This document shows positions 1-8,215 of a stretch of DNA of 32,000 nt, piece by piece. Source of the DNA: Candidatus Methanoperedens sp. (GTDB lineage Archaea > Halobacteriota > Methanosarcinia > Methanosarcinales > Methanoperedenaceae); the NCBI GenBank assembly GCA_027460535.1, contig JAPZAR010000018.1, positions 37,146 to 69,145 on the forward strand. The letters run 5' to 3'. Position 1 is the first letter of the stretch. Each line of letters begins with the position of its first letter. The position numbers and the translations under genes were made by a program. The notes below the pieces were generated by a model. That model had not been told where the DNA came from and ran no database searches. It was given only the letters and a program-made list of their open reading frames with translations.

Positions 1-324
1 GTCCTTCCGGTTTTGACCAAAGGCGGTGTTATAGTCAACATCTCCTCCGGGGCTGGAAAAAGCGGTATCCCCGAGCTTTCGGCTTACTGCGCCTCCAAAT
101 TCGGCGTGATCGGCCTCACAGAATCACTGGCATATGAGGTTGCCAAAAAAGGCATCCGGGTTTATGCTGTGTGCCCGGGTGGAGTGGATACCGGTATGCA
201 CCGCTCCCTTTACCCGGAGGATGTATCCTCGCTCCTGCGACCCGAGCATGTGGCAGCGCAAGTTCTTGAGTTGTGCCTCCCCGAATGCAGGATCGTGAGC
301 GGCTCTTCAGTGGAGATAGCTTAA
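1..324 (+). CDS. Short-chain dehydrogenase/reductase (SDR) family oxidoreductase, C-terminal part; the 5' end is upstream of the window
   Basis: Frame 1 is open from base 1. Contains NISSGAG, the YCASK (YxxxK) catalytic motif and the PGGVDT segment typical of classical SDRs. Stop at 322-324. Confidence 0.85.
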   Translation, partial: VLPVLTKGGVIVNISSGAGKSGIPELSAYCASKFGVIGLTESLAYEVAKKGIRVYAVCPGGVDTGMHRSLYPEDVSSLLRPEHVAAQVLELCLPECRIVSGSSVEIA

Positions 325-770
325 TCTTCCTTTTCTTTGGGTATCCCGCAAACTTTGCACTCCGTTTTGTCTGAAAGTTTGATTTTTTCAGAATCCATCG
401 CCCGTGTGCCCTCGGCAAGCACTGCTGCGTTGGAAAGCGAGCCCGCGATCAGGATAGCATCAAATATTTCTTCCTTTGTCACCCCAAGGCGCTGGGCCAC
501 CCGGATATGCATTTTCAGGCAGTGGTCGCAGCGAAGCGCCGCAGACACCCCTATCGAGATCAATTCTATGGTTTTCTGATCAAGGCGCTTAAATTCCCGT
601 ATTATCGCATTTTCATAAAGAACCTTGGTGACAAGCAGCTCTGGCGATTGTTTCATGAAGTTCAGAATGTATGGTACTTCACCGTATGCTTTCTCGACCT
701 CTTTCAATAATTCCTCGGCCGCTTCATCCGGCTCTTTTTTTAAGATCTTTTCAATCTTGTGTAGTTCCAT
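321..770 (-). CDS. Carboxymuconolactone decarboxylase / AhpD-like family protein
   Basis: 149-aa ORF with the CDHC (CxxC) plus His motif in an all-helical context (SAALRCDHCLKMHIRVA), characteristic of the AhpD/CMD fold. No obvious SD. An AT-rich TATA-like TTTATTTA lies about 30 nt upstream of the ATG. Confidence 0.75.
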   Translation of the reverse strand: MELHKIEKILKKEPDEAAEELLKEVEKAYGEVPYILNFMKQSPELLVTKVLYENAIIREFKRLDQKTIELISIGVSAALRCDHCLKMHIRVAQRLGVTKEEIFDAILIAGSLSNAAVLAEGTRAMDSEKIKLSDKTECKVCGIPKEKED

Positions 771-949
771 GTATTAAAACGATTTTAATCCTATACTAAA
801 TAAAGATTTGCTTATAATTTTTTGTTGCTTCTTATTTGAATTTTTTGCATTTTTGTAGATGTAAAATCCTTTTGGTGTTATGATGTACAGAACCACTGAT
901 GAACGGATATAAACGCGGATACGCTATCACAAATCTGTGTTCATCAAGG

Positions 950-1275
950 CCGAAACCCTGCGGGTTCTCAGACCGAAACCTAACGGTTCTCGACTCCCAA
1001 ACAACACGTATGCCCTGGGGGGATATCGCATAGCGATATCCACGTATGGCGGAGCCATACGTCAAGGGTTGCGCCCCTTGAGGACGCGTCCACGTATGCC
1101 AGTACGCTGGCATACGTGTGCACGGCGTCAACTGACGTGACGGTTGTGCGACGTCAACTGGCGCAACGGTTGACGTGGATGCGCCGCTCCGAAACCCTGC
1201 GGGTTCTCGACTCCGCACACGCATATGGCAACGCCATATGCGGATACGCCCTCCCGAGGCGCGACTCGGGAGGCT
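950..1275. repeat. GC-rich array of about ten short perfect or near-perfect hairpins/palindromes (non-coding; possible structured RNA, REP/BIME-like or MITE-like element)
   Basis: Stem-loops read directly:
- 952-969, 974-992 and 1191-1208: three copies of GAAACC(C)-loop-(G)GGTTCTC
- 1021-1041: GGATATCGC-ATA-GCGATATCC
- 1042-1062: ACGTATGGC-GGA-GCCATACGT
- 1062-1081: TCAAGGG-TTGCGC-CCCTTGA
- 1082-1091: GGACGCGTCC
- 1091-1118: 12-bp stem CACGTATGCCAG-TACG-CTGGCATACGTG
- 1152-1175: CGTCAAC-10 nt-GTTGACG
- 1220-1242: CGCATATGGC-AAC-GCCATATGCG
- 1250-1273: CCTCCCGAG-GCGCGA-CTCGGGAGG

The flanks are AT-rich. Confidence 0.8.
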
Positions 1276-1437
1276 CGTGACTCTGGGCGCCATTATCTGC
1301 GGTTTCCTGACAAGGATTTCATGATAGCCTGCAACACCAAACTTTTTTACAGTCCCGCATTTTTAAGAAACTGTGTTTTGAATTTAACAGTTGTTAAATG
1401 AAGAAAATATCCCATTTTTCTGATATAATTTCATCGA

Positions 1438-1689
1438 TCACAATGCCCGGATATCACCGCTTTCAACCACATCCGTTGGTACTCCATCAAGTTCCCCGGG
1501 CACGATGTCCTCCTCTCTTAGCTCTCTCTTTGGTTTTTTTTTCATCACATAACATATGATGGCGGGCTTATTTGACTTCCTGCCGCCAATGACCTTGTAT
1601 CCGGTAGCGCAACCCACCACTCCTTTCTTTTTTAAAAGAGCGGATTCATACTTGTTCTTTATCCTCTTTGCTTCTTCGATTGTAGCCAT
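1438..1689 (-). CDS. Small protein paralogous to the N-terminal domain of the adjacent S1 protease (prodomain-like)
   Basis: The 83-aa ORF aligns along its whole length with residues 1-79 of the 336-aa ORF (KKGVVGCATGYKV / ANVVGVMTGYKI; IICYV / IICMV; TDVVESGDIRAL / TDVIEVGKIRAL) and stops exactly at the shared IRAL boundary. Confidence 0.7.
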   Translation of the reverse strand: MATIEEAKRIKNKYESALLKKKGVVGCATGYKVIGGRKSNKPAIICYVMKKKPKRELREEDIVPGELDGVPTDVVESGDIRAL

Positions 1690-1715
1690 TGTTTCATCTC
1701 GATGTCGCCATCATG

Positions 1716-2726
1716 CTAACCAGTGACAAGATCTGCATTGAGAAGGTCAAGATATTTCTGTATGTGGTTAGCTATCGTTATTGTGTCGCTTCCTGCGAAA
1801 AGCTTACCTACAGCATAGCCCTCCATATCGAGGATAAGGCTTCCGCTGTCACCACCTGCTGAGAACCCAGGCTGGCCCACAATTATCTGATCTTTGAAAA
1901 TACCTGTCCGCCCCCCGTCGTAATCGACGCTTACGGTGGCATCCACTGCTGTTATAGGACCGTCCCTTGTAAGACCCGTGGTCCTTCCGGATTTCTGGAC
2001 GTGCATATCGAGCTGTGCCGTTCTTGTTCCATTTGGAATACCAATCTCCAATATCTCCGCTTTGGCATCTCTTTCATTGTTCAACTCGATGATGGCGCCA
2101 TCCACATAGTTATCCTCTGGTACCTGCACTACCGACATGAGCCTTGTCCTGCGGCTTGCTGCGCTGGCGGGGACATTGTAGAGTCCGCTCCAGAGCTTTC
2201 CGACCGGGCATTCGCTTGGAACGCCGCTGAGGTTCAAATGCACAAAGCGCAGGAGCCTGCCTATCTCATCATTTGGCCGCCTGCCGCCATCAATAGGTCC
2301 GGGCTGAAGATAGGGGTCGCCGATATTTACTTCATTGGAGTTGGCTCCCACATGGTTATTCGTGCCTATGCACAGCTTACCCGAGGCCCTGTCCCTGACC
2401 AGCTCCCCGTTTGTGCCTGCGGTTATCAGGTAATGTCCGCCGGATGTGCCCATGGGGCAGGGGCGAAGGCGCGACTTCCTGTCGACCTGCAGGGCCCTTA
2501 TCTTCCCGACCTCTATGACGTCTGTAACCGCATCATCGATCTTTTTAGGAATGAGGTCACCTGATTTCAGCGCTGATACTTCGACTTTCTTTTCCACCAT
2601 GCAGATTATACTCAGTTCCCTGGTCTTTTCTTCTCCTCTTATCTTATAGCCCGTCATCACGCCGACGACATTTGCCTTCTGTAAGAGCATTTTTTCAGAT
2701 TTTATTCTTATTTCTTCCAATTTCAT
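1716..2726 (-). CDS. Chymotrypsin-fold (S1 family) serine protease with an N-terminal prodomain-like region
   Basis: GGDSGS catalytic-serine motif near the C-terminus and TNNHVG histidine motif in the core. The N-terminal 80 aa are duplicated as the downstream 83-aa ORF. Confidence 0.8.
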   Translation of the reverse strand: MKLEEIRIKSEKMLLQKANVVGVMTGYKIRGEEKTRELSIICMVEKKVEVSALKSGDLIPKKIDDAVTDVIEVGKIRALQVDRKSRLRPCPMGTSGGHYLITAGTNGELVRDRASGKLCIGTNNHVGANSNEVNIGDPYLQPGPIDGGRRPNDEIGRLLRFVHLNLSGVPSECPVGKLWSGLYNVPASAASRRTRLMSVVQVPEDNYVDGAIIELNNERDAKAEILEIGIPNGTRTAQLDMHVQKSGRTTGLTRDGPITAVDATVSVDYDGGRTGIFKDQIIVGQPGFSAGGDSGSLILDMEGYAVGKLFAGSDTITIANHIQKYLDLLNADLVTG

Positions 2727-2768
2727 TTTTATTCCCCTTCATATACTCAATAACACTTTACATCTTAC

Positions 2769-3125
2769 CTATTCAGGTATCTTGAAGAACAATGGCGGAA
2801 TCAGCGTCCACAGGATAAGCACTATGGAGCCCATCCAGCTCTGGTACCAGCCCATTGTAACAAAGGGCCCTCCTATTGCGAATACCCAGACCACGAATGA
2901 GATCGATGAAATTGCGTATTGCAACGGGTTCGTGACTCCCTGGAATTTTCGCAGATACGGGGTTACCAGGATTAAAAGTACAGCTGATATCCCCCATAAC
3001 CACATGGTATTTCCTGCCGGGATCAAACCTGCTATTGTAACATACGCAGCGATTATCTCGCTGGGTATTAATTTCAGTAGTATCTTTGCATAGTCATCTG
3101 TTTCTACATTTATTGCTCTTGGCAT
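2769..3125 (-). CDS. Small integral membrane protein (about 4 predicted TM helices), function unknown
   Basis: 118-aa ORF with four hydrophobic stretches (IIAAYVTIAGLIPAG, WLWGISAVLLILV, ISSISFVVWVFAIGGPF, SIVLILWTLIPPLFF). AAGAGGT lies 8 nt upstream of the ATG. Confidence 0.7.
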   Translation of the reverse strand: MPRAINVETDDYAKILLKLIPSEIIAAYVTIAGLIPAGNTMWLWGISAVLLILVTPYLRKFQGVTNPLQYAISSISFVVWVFAIGGPFVTMGWYQSWMGSIVLILWTLIPPLFFKIPE

Positions 3126-3316
3126 TTTTTATTACCTCTTAATATAGTTTATTATGTAAATTACTTTAAAAATGTGGTCAAAAAACCAGTGATATTTGTT
3201 TTCCGTAAATGCATTTTTCTTATTTCTTTCAGATATTTTCTATACCATTATTTTCCTCCTGTTGAGAATTCAAATTTATAAATCATTAAATATCGTGGAT
3301 GAGACATTGAGCGAGC

Positions 3317-3499
3317 TTATTGCGCTCCTGACTTCATGAGCCTCTGCACAGCCTGGTTGCCTATAGTTCTTTGAAGAAAGAGAATTTGTTCAACAGGTGA
3401 ACTGAGTGGCTGGCAGAAATTACCTTTCTGCACCTGTGATACCTGATTCTCTTTTTTTGTCTCGGGTGCTTTGACCGCTGTCTTGAAAGCTTCGCCCAT
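3317..3499 (-). pseudogene. Leader-only stub of the effector family (first 59 codons, then a premature stop)
   Basis: MGEAFKTAVKAPETKKENQVSQVQKGNF-QPLSSPVEQILFLQRTIGNQAVQRLMKSGA is near-identical to the N-termini of the 663-aa and 712-aa ORFs. Homology ends abruptly at about 3320, where the intact genes continue LQAKLRIGAPGD. Confidence 0.8.
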
Positions 3500-3745
3500 T
3501 TGTTATTTCCCTAAAAATTAAATGTTCATATATAGATTTATTAGCTCTTAACACTTCAAACTGCTAAGAAAATTGTAAAGACTATTCTATGGACTTCCAG
3601 CCTCTACTCCGTTTGATTTTAACTTTGAAATCGCATAAATTTTTTTGTTATCCTGAGACATCTTTTCAATCTTTTTCTGGTTAATGACCTTTGCCTCATA
3701 ATCATTCCAAGCAAACCATTTTTGATTATTCTCGCAGTAAAACAA
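3317..3745 (-). repeat. Copy C of the dispersed block [3' end of Cys-rich gene + intergenic + effector leader]
   Basis: Collinear with 8038-8457 by direct comparison of the DNA. Confidence 0.85.
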
Positions 3746-3778
3746 ATTTAGGCTGGGTATAGGGTTAATTCTTACCAA
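3587..3778 (-). pseudogene. 3' fragment of the Cys-rich gene (paralogous to 8317-8457)
   Basis: The 63-aa ORF ends CENNQKWFAWNDYEAKVINQKKIEKMSQDNKKIYAISKLKSNG, matching the last 45 or so residues of the 218-aa ORF. DNA homology runs from about 3590 to 3745 and is lost upstream. Confidence 0.8.
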
Positions 3779-3820
3779 AATTTTTGCAAAATAGGAAGCA
3801 GCTCTAATTCGTTTAAGCTT

Positions 3821-5959
3821 TTACAAACCATCAAGGAATTCTAGTGCTATTCGCCTTCTTTCGACAAAATCAGGCAGATATGAACCTGGTATTAATCCTG
3901 TTATTTCATAGCGGTAACGAATAAAATCTTTATTCTGTCGCAAGAAATTTCTTATCTCATCAATCCATTCTTCATGACCAGCTTCTCGATAAACTTGCGC
4001 ATGGGCATCAAAAACGTCATTAATATCAAAGAATGTTTTTCTCGGAAGATGACTTGGTACTTCGGCAGAGAAGTAGGCATGATCGCCTGCCTCCAGAGCA
4101 ACACTACGGCCTTTTGCCGTTGGGATTCCAAAATATTCCATTAACCTATCTTCAAGCAGATGGTGGGCTTCAATTGTACTTTCATCTATTCCACGCCGTC
4201 CTGTAAGTCCTGTTTCTCTTACATAATTGAGGACCTCATCGTAATTTCCAAATATATCTCCTTTAGGCCTTATCTCCACTGTTGGGTATCTAGCGTCAGG
4301 CCATATTGCTTTTGAAGGGCCCATTGGCTTATAACCAGCCTTTATTAGTTGTTCATACATCGGCGAGAATGTCTCTCGAGCCGTTACCGCTACAGGTTCT
4401 ACCTCTCGTACTCCAGCAGAGGCGAATTCATCCATGCGCCTTATTATGAGTTCTGCCTTGTTTAGCTCCTCTGCTGGAATTTCACCCCCCTGGCGTATTA
4501 AGAGAGTCCAACTTGAGATCCGACTTCTTTCTGCTTGAGTTAGATTTGAAGCAGCTTTAACAATATCTGCAATTTCGTCGGGGTGACGTCCAATTGATTT
4601 AGCTATACGTGTTGCTCCACGCAGGGCACCACCCCCTGCTAATGGAAGTAAAGCGCCAATTCCCATTAAAACTAAATCTGTTCCAGTTAAGGGTCGTCCC
4701 CATTTATCATAACCTTCAAAAATTCCATAAAAAAATTCTGCAATATCTGTGAGGTCACCTACTACAGGTATTAATCCTATGGCAGTGTCGGTGATTGCTT
4801 TTGCAAAAATTTGTTCATTTGGTTCATAGTAAGTCGCTTCAAAAGTTGTCAGTTGACGCCCAACAGGCTTAATCGATGTCCCTTGAACAGGCACTTGAGT
4901 AACACTAGGAACCTCATATACTTCTAAAATGGGATCCGCTAATTCAATGTTTCCCAATACAACTTCTTGCTTGGGGGTTTGAGCTTCTGTTGCTCTATTT
5001 ACGAAAAATTTTGTGGAAGGTGTTTTTACTACTTTTATTATAGATACATTTTTAGGATAACTAAGAGCCAAAGGGTTAGCTGGAATCAATTCATAGGCGA
5101 AGCGAGCCGTGCCCAAAAAACTTGGTGCTGTGATTTCAAATACATCCCCTGAAGCCGTGTGTATTATATCAATCCCATCAGGGCGTTTCTTGACAACAAG
5201 AGGAGGAGGACCTGCTACTCCGTAAACAGGTTGCATTCCTACATAATGTGATGGAATTACTGGATCTCCCTGAAGTGGAACAAGTGCAGGGTCTTGGACG
5301 CGATAAATTTCAAGTGATGGATACTTGGGACCTAAAATACATAACTCTGGATAACCTTCTGTCCGAATTGAAACCCCTGGTGCAACTACTAACCGAATGA
5401 TTGGATAATCCCTTTTTTCAAACGAAGTTAAGAATTGATAAGCAAATGGTGCTTTTGCGATTCTCACTTCAGGACTTACTTCTAAAATCACGCGTATTTC
5501 AGAAGTAAAATATCTATAAATTAATGTACCGCCCGATGGAGATACCCTGGCATCAAAAGAGTATTCTGTTGGTATTGTATATATAGCGGTCTCGGTTCCT
5601 TCTTCTTTTATCGGTTGCCGCTTCAGTTCATCATTTTCACATTTCGGGCATGCCCTCTGAATGCTGGGTGTACCGCTGGATACTGCCTGCGGCTGCGGCA
5701 TCCTCATCACCGCATCCGCTACCCTGTCAGCTTCCCGCTCATAAACATCGCCGGGCGCGCCTATCCTGAGCTTTGCCTGTAGCGCTCCTGACTTCATGAG
5801 CCTCTGCACAGCCTGGTTGCCGATGGTTCTTTGAAGAAAGAGAATTTGTTCAACAGGTGAACTGAGTGGCTTGTATAAATTACCTTTCCGCACCTGCGAA
5901 ACCTGATTCTCTATTTTTTTCTCAGGCGCTTTTACCGTTGTCCTGATTGCCTCACTCAT
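3821..5959 (-). CDS. eCIS-associated effector candidate: shared N-terminal leader, beta-rich middle, PT-TG-like pre-toxin region and C-terminal AHH-like (HNH/EndoVII superfamily) module. It lacks the DUF4157 HExxH core.
   Basis: Residues 1-115 or so are near-identical to the 663-aa and 630-aa ORFs up to KRQPIKEE, then diverge. IPVVGDLTDIAEFFYG...WGRPLTGTDLVLMGIGALLP (4630-4780) resembles the pre-toxin TG domain. IEAHHLLEDRLMEYFGI...GDHAYF (about 4090-4175) resembles the AHH nuclease signature. Confidence 0.6.
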   Translation of the reverse strand: MSEAIRTTVKAPEKKIENQVSQVRKGNLYKPLSSPVEQILFLQRTIGNQAVQRLMKSGALQAKLRIGAPGDVYEREADRVADAVMRMPQPQAVSSGTPSIQRACPKCENDELKRQPIKEEGTETAIYTIPTEYSFDARVSPSGGTLIYRYFTSEIRVILEVSPEVRIAKAPFAYQFLTSFEKRDYPIIRLVVAPGVSIRTEGYPELCILGPKYPSLEIYRVQDPALVPLQGDPVIPSHYVGMQPVYGVAGPPPLVVKKRPDGIDIIHTASGDVFEITAPSFLGTARFAYELIPANPLALSYPKNVSIIKVVKTPSTKFFVNRATEAQTPKQEVVLGNIELADPILEVYEVPSVTQVPVQGTSIKPVGRQLTTFEATYYEPNEQIFAKAITDTAIGLIPVVGDLTDIAEFFYGIFEGYDKWGRPLTGTDLVLMGIGALLPLAGGGALRGATRIAKSIGRHPDEIADIVKAASNLTQAERSRISSWTLLIRQGGEIPAEELNKAELIIRRMDEFASAGVREVEPVAVTARETFSPMYEQLIKAGYKPMGPSKAIWPDARYPTVEIRPKGDIFGNYDEVLNYVRETGLTGRRGIDESTIEAHHLLEDRLMEYFGIPTAKGRSVALEAGDHAYFSAEVPSHLPRKTFFDINDVFDAHAQVYREAGHEEWIDEIRNFLRQNKDFIRYRYEITGLIPGSYLPDFVERRRIALEFLDGL

Positions 5960-6199
5960 TTGTTATCTCCTTGAAATTAATCGCATAAATCTTCCTTTTA
6001 TCTTGATTGATAATTTCCTGGTTAATCACCTTTGCCTCATAGTCATTCCAGACATGCCATTTTTGATTATTCTCGCAGGTAAAACCCCTGCACGGCACAG
6101 GGTGGTGGTCGCAATGCGCAGCGGTAGGTCTTCCTGTCTATATGAACGCAGTAGCCATCAGTATCGTGTGCGATAAGATATGGTCTTCCGAACTCCCAT
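5600..6199 (-). repeat. Copy B of the dispersed block (with an internal deletion of about 105 nt)
   Basis: Collinear with 7860-8572. Similarity ends at the KRQPIKEE codons on one side and at CCGAACTCCCA on the other. Confidence 0.85.
5980..6199 (-). pseudogene. Frameshifted 3' fragment of the Cys-rich gene (paralogous to about 8340-8572)
   Basis: DNA is collinear with the intact gene. It translates as WEFGRPYLIAHDTDGYCVHIDRKTYRC, then loses frame through a 2-nt deletion relative to 8470-8490. The terminal codons and about 105 nt of intergenic sequence are deleted. Confidence 0.75.
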
Positions 6200-6223
6200 C
6201 CTGCCTGACTGACTCAAAACAAG

Positions 6224-8215
6224 TCAATAATGTTGTTTGGGTATGAAATCTCCTGTTGCAGCTTTGGCGGCTTCATTTCGACCAATCACGTCTTTCTTGT
6301 AAATTTTAGCATCCGTCCCCGATCCATTATATGCTTCTATGGCAGCGTCCCAATCCTTAACTCCGTTTCTTTTTTCAAACAACCACCGAACTGCCGTGCG
6401 AATCCAGTAGTCATAATCGAGATTTCGGGCTTTGGTCGTTTCAGTAAAGAATTCCTCAACTGCTGATTCCCATCGCGTGTCCGTGGTGAAGAAAACGTTC
6501 CAGCGATCGCCGTTTTTAGATCGAGAATTGATCGTATCCAATTCCGACTTTTCCGCGGGCGTTATTGATTTGCCTTTTGCTACAAGTTTTTTTCTGCGTG
6601 CTTGAGCATCAAACATATCTTTAGTTACCTGATCGAGATTGTGTTTGATCGCGATAGCTGGACTTATTTCCTTGATCATCAAAATTTGCTGATCTCCAGA
6701 GCTATCAATAGCCTGACCTATATTGAAACGGGTCATCCGTTGCCCTTTCGTATATGGTGGAAGTTTGAGGAAATCTCCCAGTGTCCCCATGTGGGACTCC
6801 TGATACAACATTGATTTCACCAGGCTGGCATCCAATGCAAGCCATTTCTTTGGCGAACCGATGTTCTTATTGTAAAACGCTACCCATTTTACAATACTTG
6901 CATCGAAAGCATTGAACATGGTTTCTTCTATCAAAGCTTTGTTCAGTAATGTGCTTTGTGGGATGATGGGAATTTTTATTCCATCTGCTTCTATTTTCAA
7001 ATATTCGGGAAGTGTAGCAGAGGTGTATCCTTCTCCCGTCAACTTGTATTTCAAATCTTTAAGTTCGGTTTGCTTCACATTCATCTGGCGCTGCCATTCG
7101 GCTTTTCCATTGTCGGTCGTATACTTTTTTTCCTCTGCCTTCCAATCAGACACTACTTTTTCCTGATCGCTGATTTTCTTTTCGAGTACGGCATATTTTT
7201 TTTCTATGCTCGCAACACCTGCATGGTATTGAGATAAGCCCGATTTGGTGTCGCCTGCTGGAACCAGAATATTTTTCTCGATAGTGACGGAGGTAACTTT
7301 ACTGCCTGATGTGAAATTGGCAGTGACTGAGGTTTTGGTGTTCGACCATGCAGTAATGACCACACTGCTTCCTTTGGGAAGAGTAAGGTCAGAAACCTTC
7401 AACTCTTTGTTGAGTATAAACATTTTCCCGATCATCTCTTCCACGGCATCTTCGGGTAGGAATCGCTGAACAATTCCAAGGCTCGATAGTCCTTGTTGCA
7501 CAACATGCGTAAGCTCATGTGCCAGCAACTGCCGCCCATCAAGCGTTCCGGGCGCATACTGCCCGGCTCCAAAGGCCACATCCTTGCCTACTGTAAATGC
7601 GAGTGCATTCAAATCCCTCGCAGACTTTGCAGCCCTTTCGTCTGTATGCAACCTCACCTTAGTGAAGTCATGACCGAATCGTGGCTCGAAAAAGGCGCGG
7701 TCGTTTTCTGATAAAGACTGCCCTCCACCCTTGAGGGACTGGATTTTTGATTCAATATCAGGATTTATTTCAGAGATACCACCAGAAGTTGTCTTCCCCT
7801 GAAGCTCTTCCTCCTCTTCTTCGACTGGTTTCCTTTGCAGCTTCTCCTCTTCGTCTTCTTCTTTTATCGGTTGCCGCTTCAGTTCATCAATTTCACATTT
7901 CGGGCACATCCTCTGGATGGAAGGTGTACCACCGGATAACGCCTGCGTCTGCGGCATCCGCATCACTGCATCCGCTACTCTGTCAGCCTCCTGCTCGTAA
8001 ACATCGCCTGGCGCGCCTATCCTGAGCTTGGCCTGCAGCGCTCCCGACTTCATGAGTTTCTGAACAGCCTGGTTGCCTATAGTTCTTTGAAGAAAGAGAA
8101 TTTGTTCAACTGGTGAACTGAGTGGCTGGTAGAAATTACCTTTCTGCACCTGTGAAATCTGATTCTCTTTTTTTGTCTCTGGTGCTTTGACCGCTGTCTT
8201 GACTGCTTCGCCCAT
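6224..8215 (-). CDS. eCIS-associated effector candidate: shared leader + DUF4157 (HExxH) domain + coiled-coil + C-terminal lysozyme/lytic-transglycosylase-like domain
   Basis: GGGQSLSENDRAFFEPRFGHDFTKVRLHTD...LLAHELTHVVQQ is the DUF4157 signature. The C-terminus has SMLYQESHMG (catalytic Glu-Ser context of SLT/goose-type lysozyme folds) and AIEAYNGSG (AYNxG end motif). Confidence 0.75.
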   Translation of the reverse strand: MGEAVKTAVKAPETKKENQISQVQKGNFYQPLSSPVEQILFLQRTIGNQAVQKLMKSGALQAKLRIGAPGDVYEQEADRVADAVMRMPQTQALSGGTPSIQRMCPKCEIDELKRQPIKEEDEEEKLQRKPVEEEEEELQGKTTSGGISEINPDIESKIQSLKGGGQSLSENDRAFFEPRFGHDFTKVRLHTDERAAKSARDLNALAFTVGKDVAFGAGQYAPGTLDGRQLLAHELTHVVQQGLSSLGIVQRFLPEDAVEEMIGKMFILNKELKVSDLTLPKGSSVVITAWSNTKTSVTANFTSGSKVTSVTIEKNILVPAGDTKSGLSQYHAGVASIEKKYAVLEKKISDQEKVVSDWKAEEKKYTTDNGKAEWQRQMNVKQTELKDLKYKLTGEGYTSATLPEYLKIEADGIKIPIIPQSTLLNKALIEETMFNAFDASIVKWVAFYNKNIGSPKKWLALDASLVKSMLYQESHMGTLGDFLKLPPYTKGQRMTRFNIGQAIDSSGDQQILMIKEISPAIAIKHNLDQVTKDMFDAQARRKKLVAKGKSITPAEKSELDTINSRSKNGDRWNVFFTTDTRWESAVEEFFTETTKARNLDYDYWIRTAVRWLFEKRNGVKDWDAAIEAYNGSGTDAKIYKKDVIGRNEAAKAATGDFIPKQHY

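Noticed and set aside
950-1275. Possible CRISPR array
   Set aside because: The hairpins differ from one another, are directly abutting, and there is no constant repeat separated by unique spacers of regular length. No cas genes are present in the window.
832-1293. 153-aa minus-strand ORF (and the 67-aa plus-strand ORF 937-1140) spanning the GC-rich island
   Set aside because: The sequence is Arg/Pro/Gly/Ser-rich, as expected from translating GC-rich palindromes. Both strands are open for the same reason. There is no RBS and no recognisable motif. The hairpin array explains it better.
2001-2564. 187-aa plus-strand ORF inside the protease gene, and similar antisense ORFs (e.g. 9786-10283, 21051-21584, 28097-28501, 28461-29162, 29219-29563, 30313-30735)
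   Set aside because: All lie entirely within strongly supported minus-strand genes. They have low-complexity Ser/Leu/Phe/Pro-rich translations and no motifs, so they are shadow ORFs.
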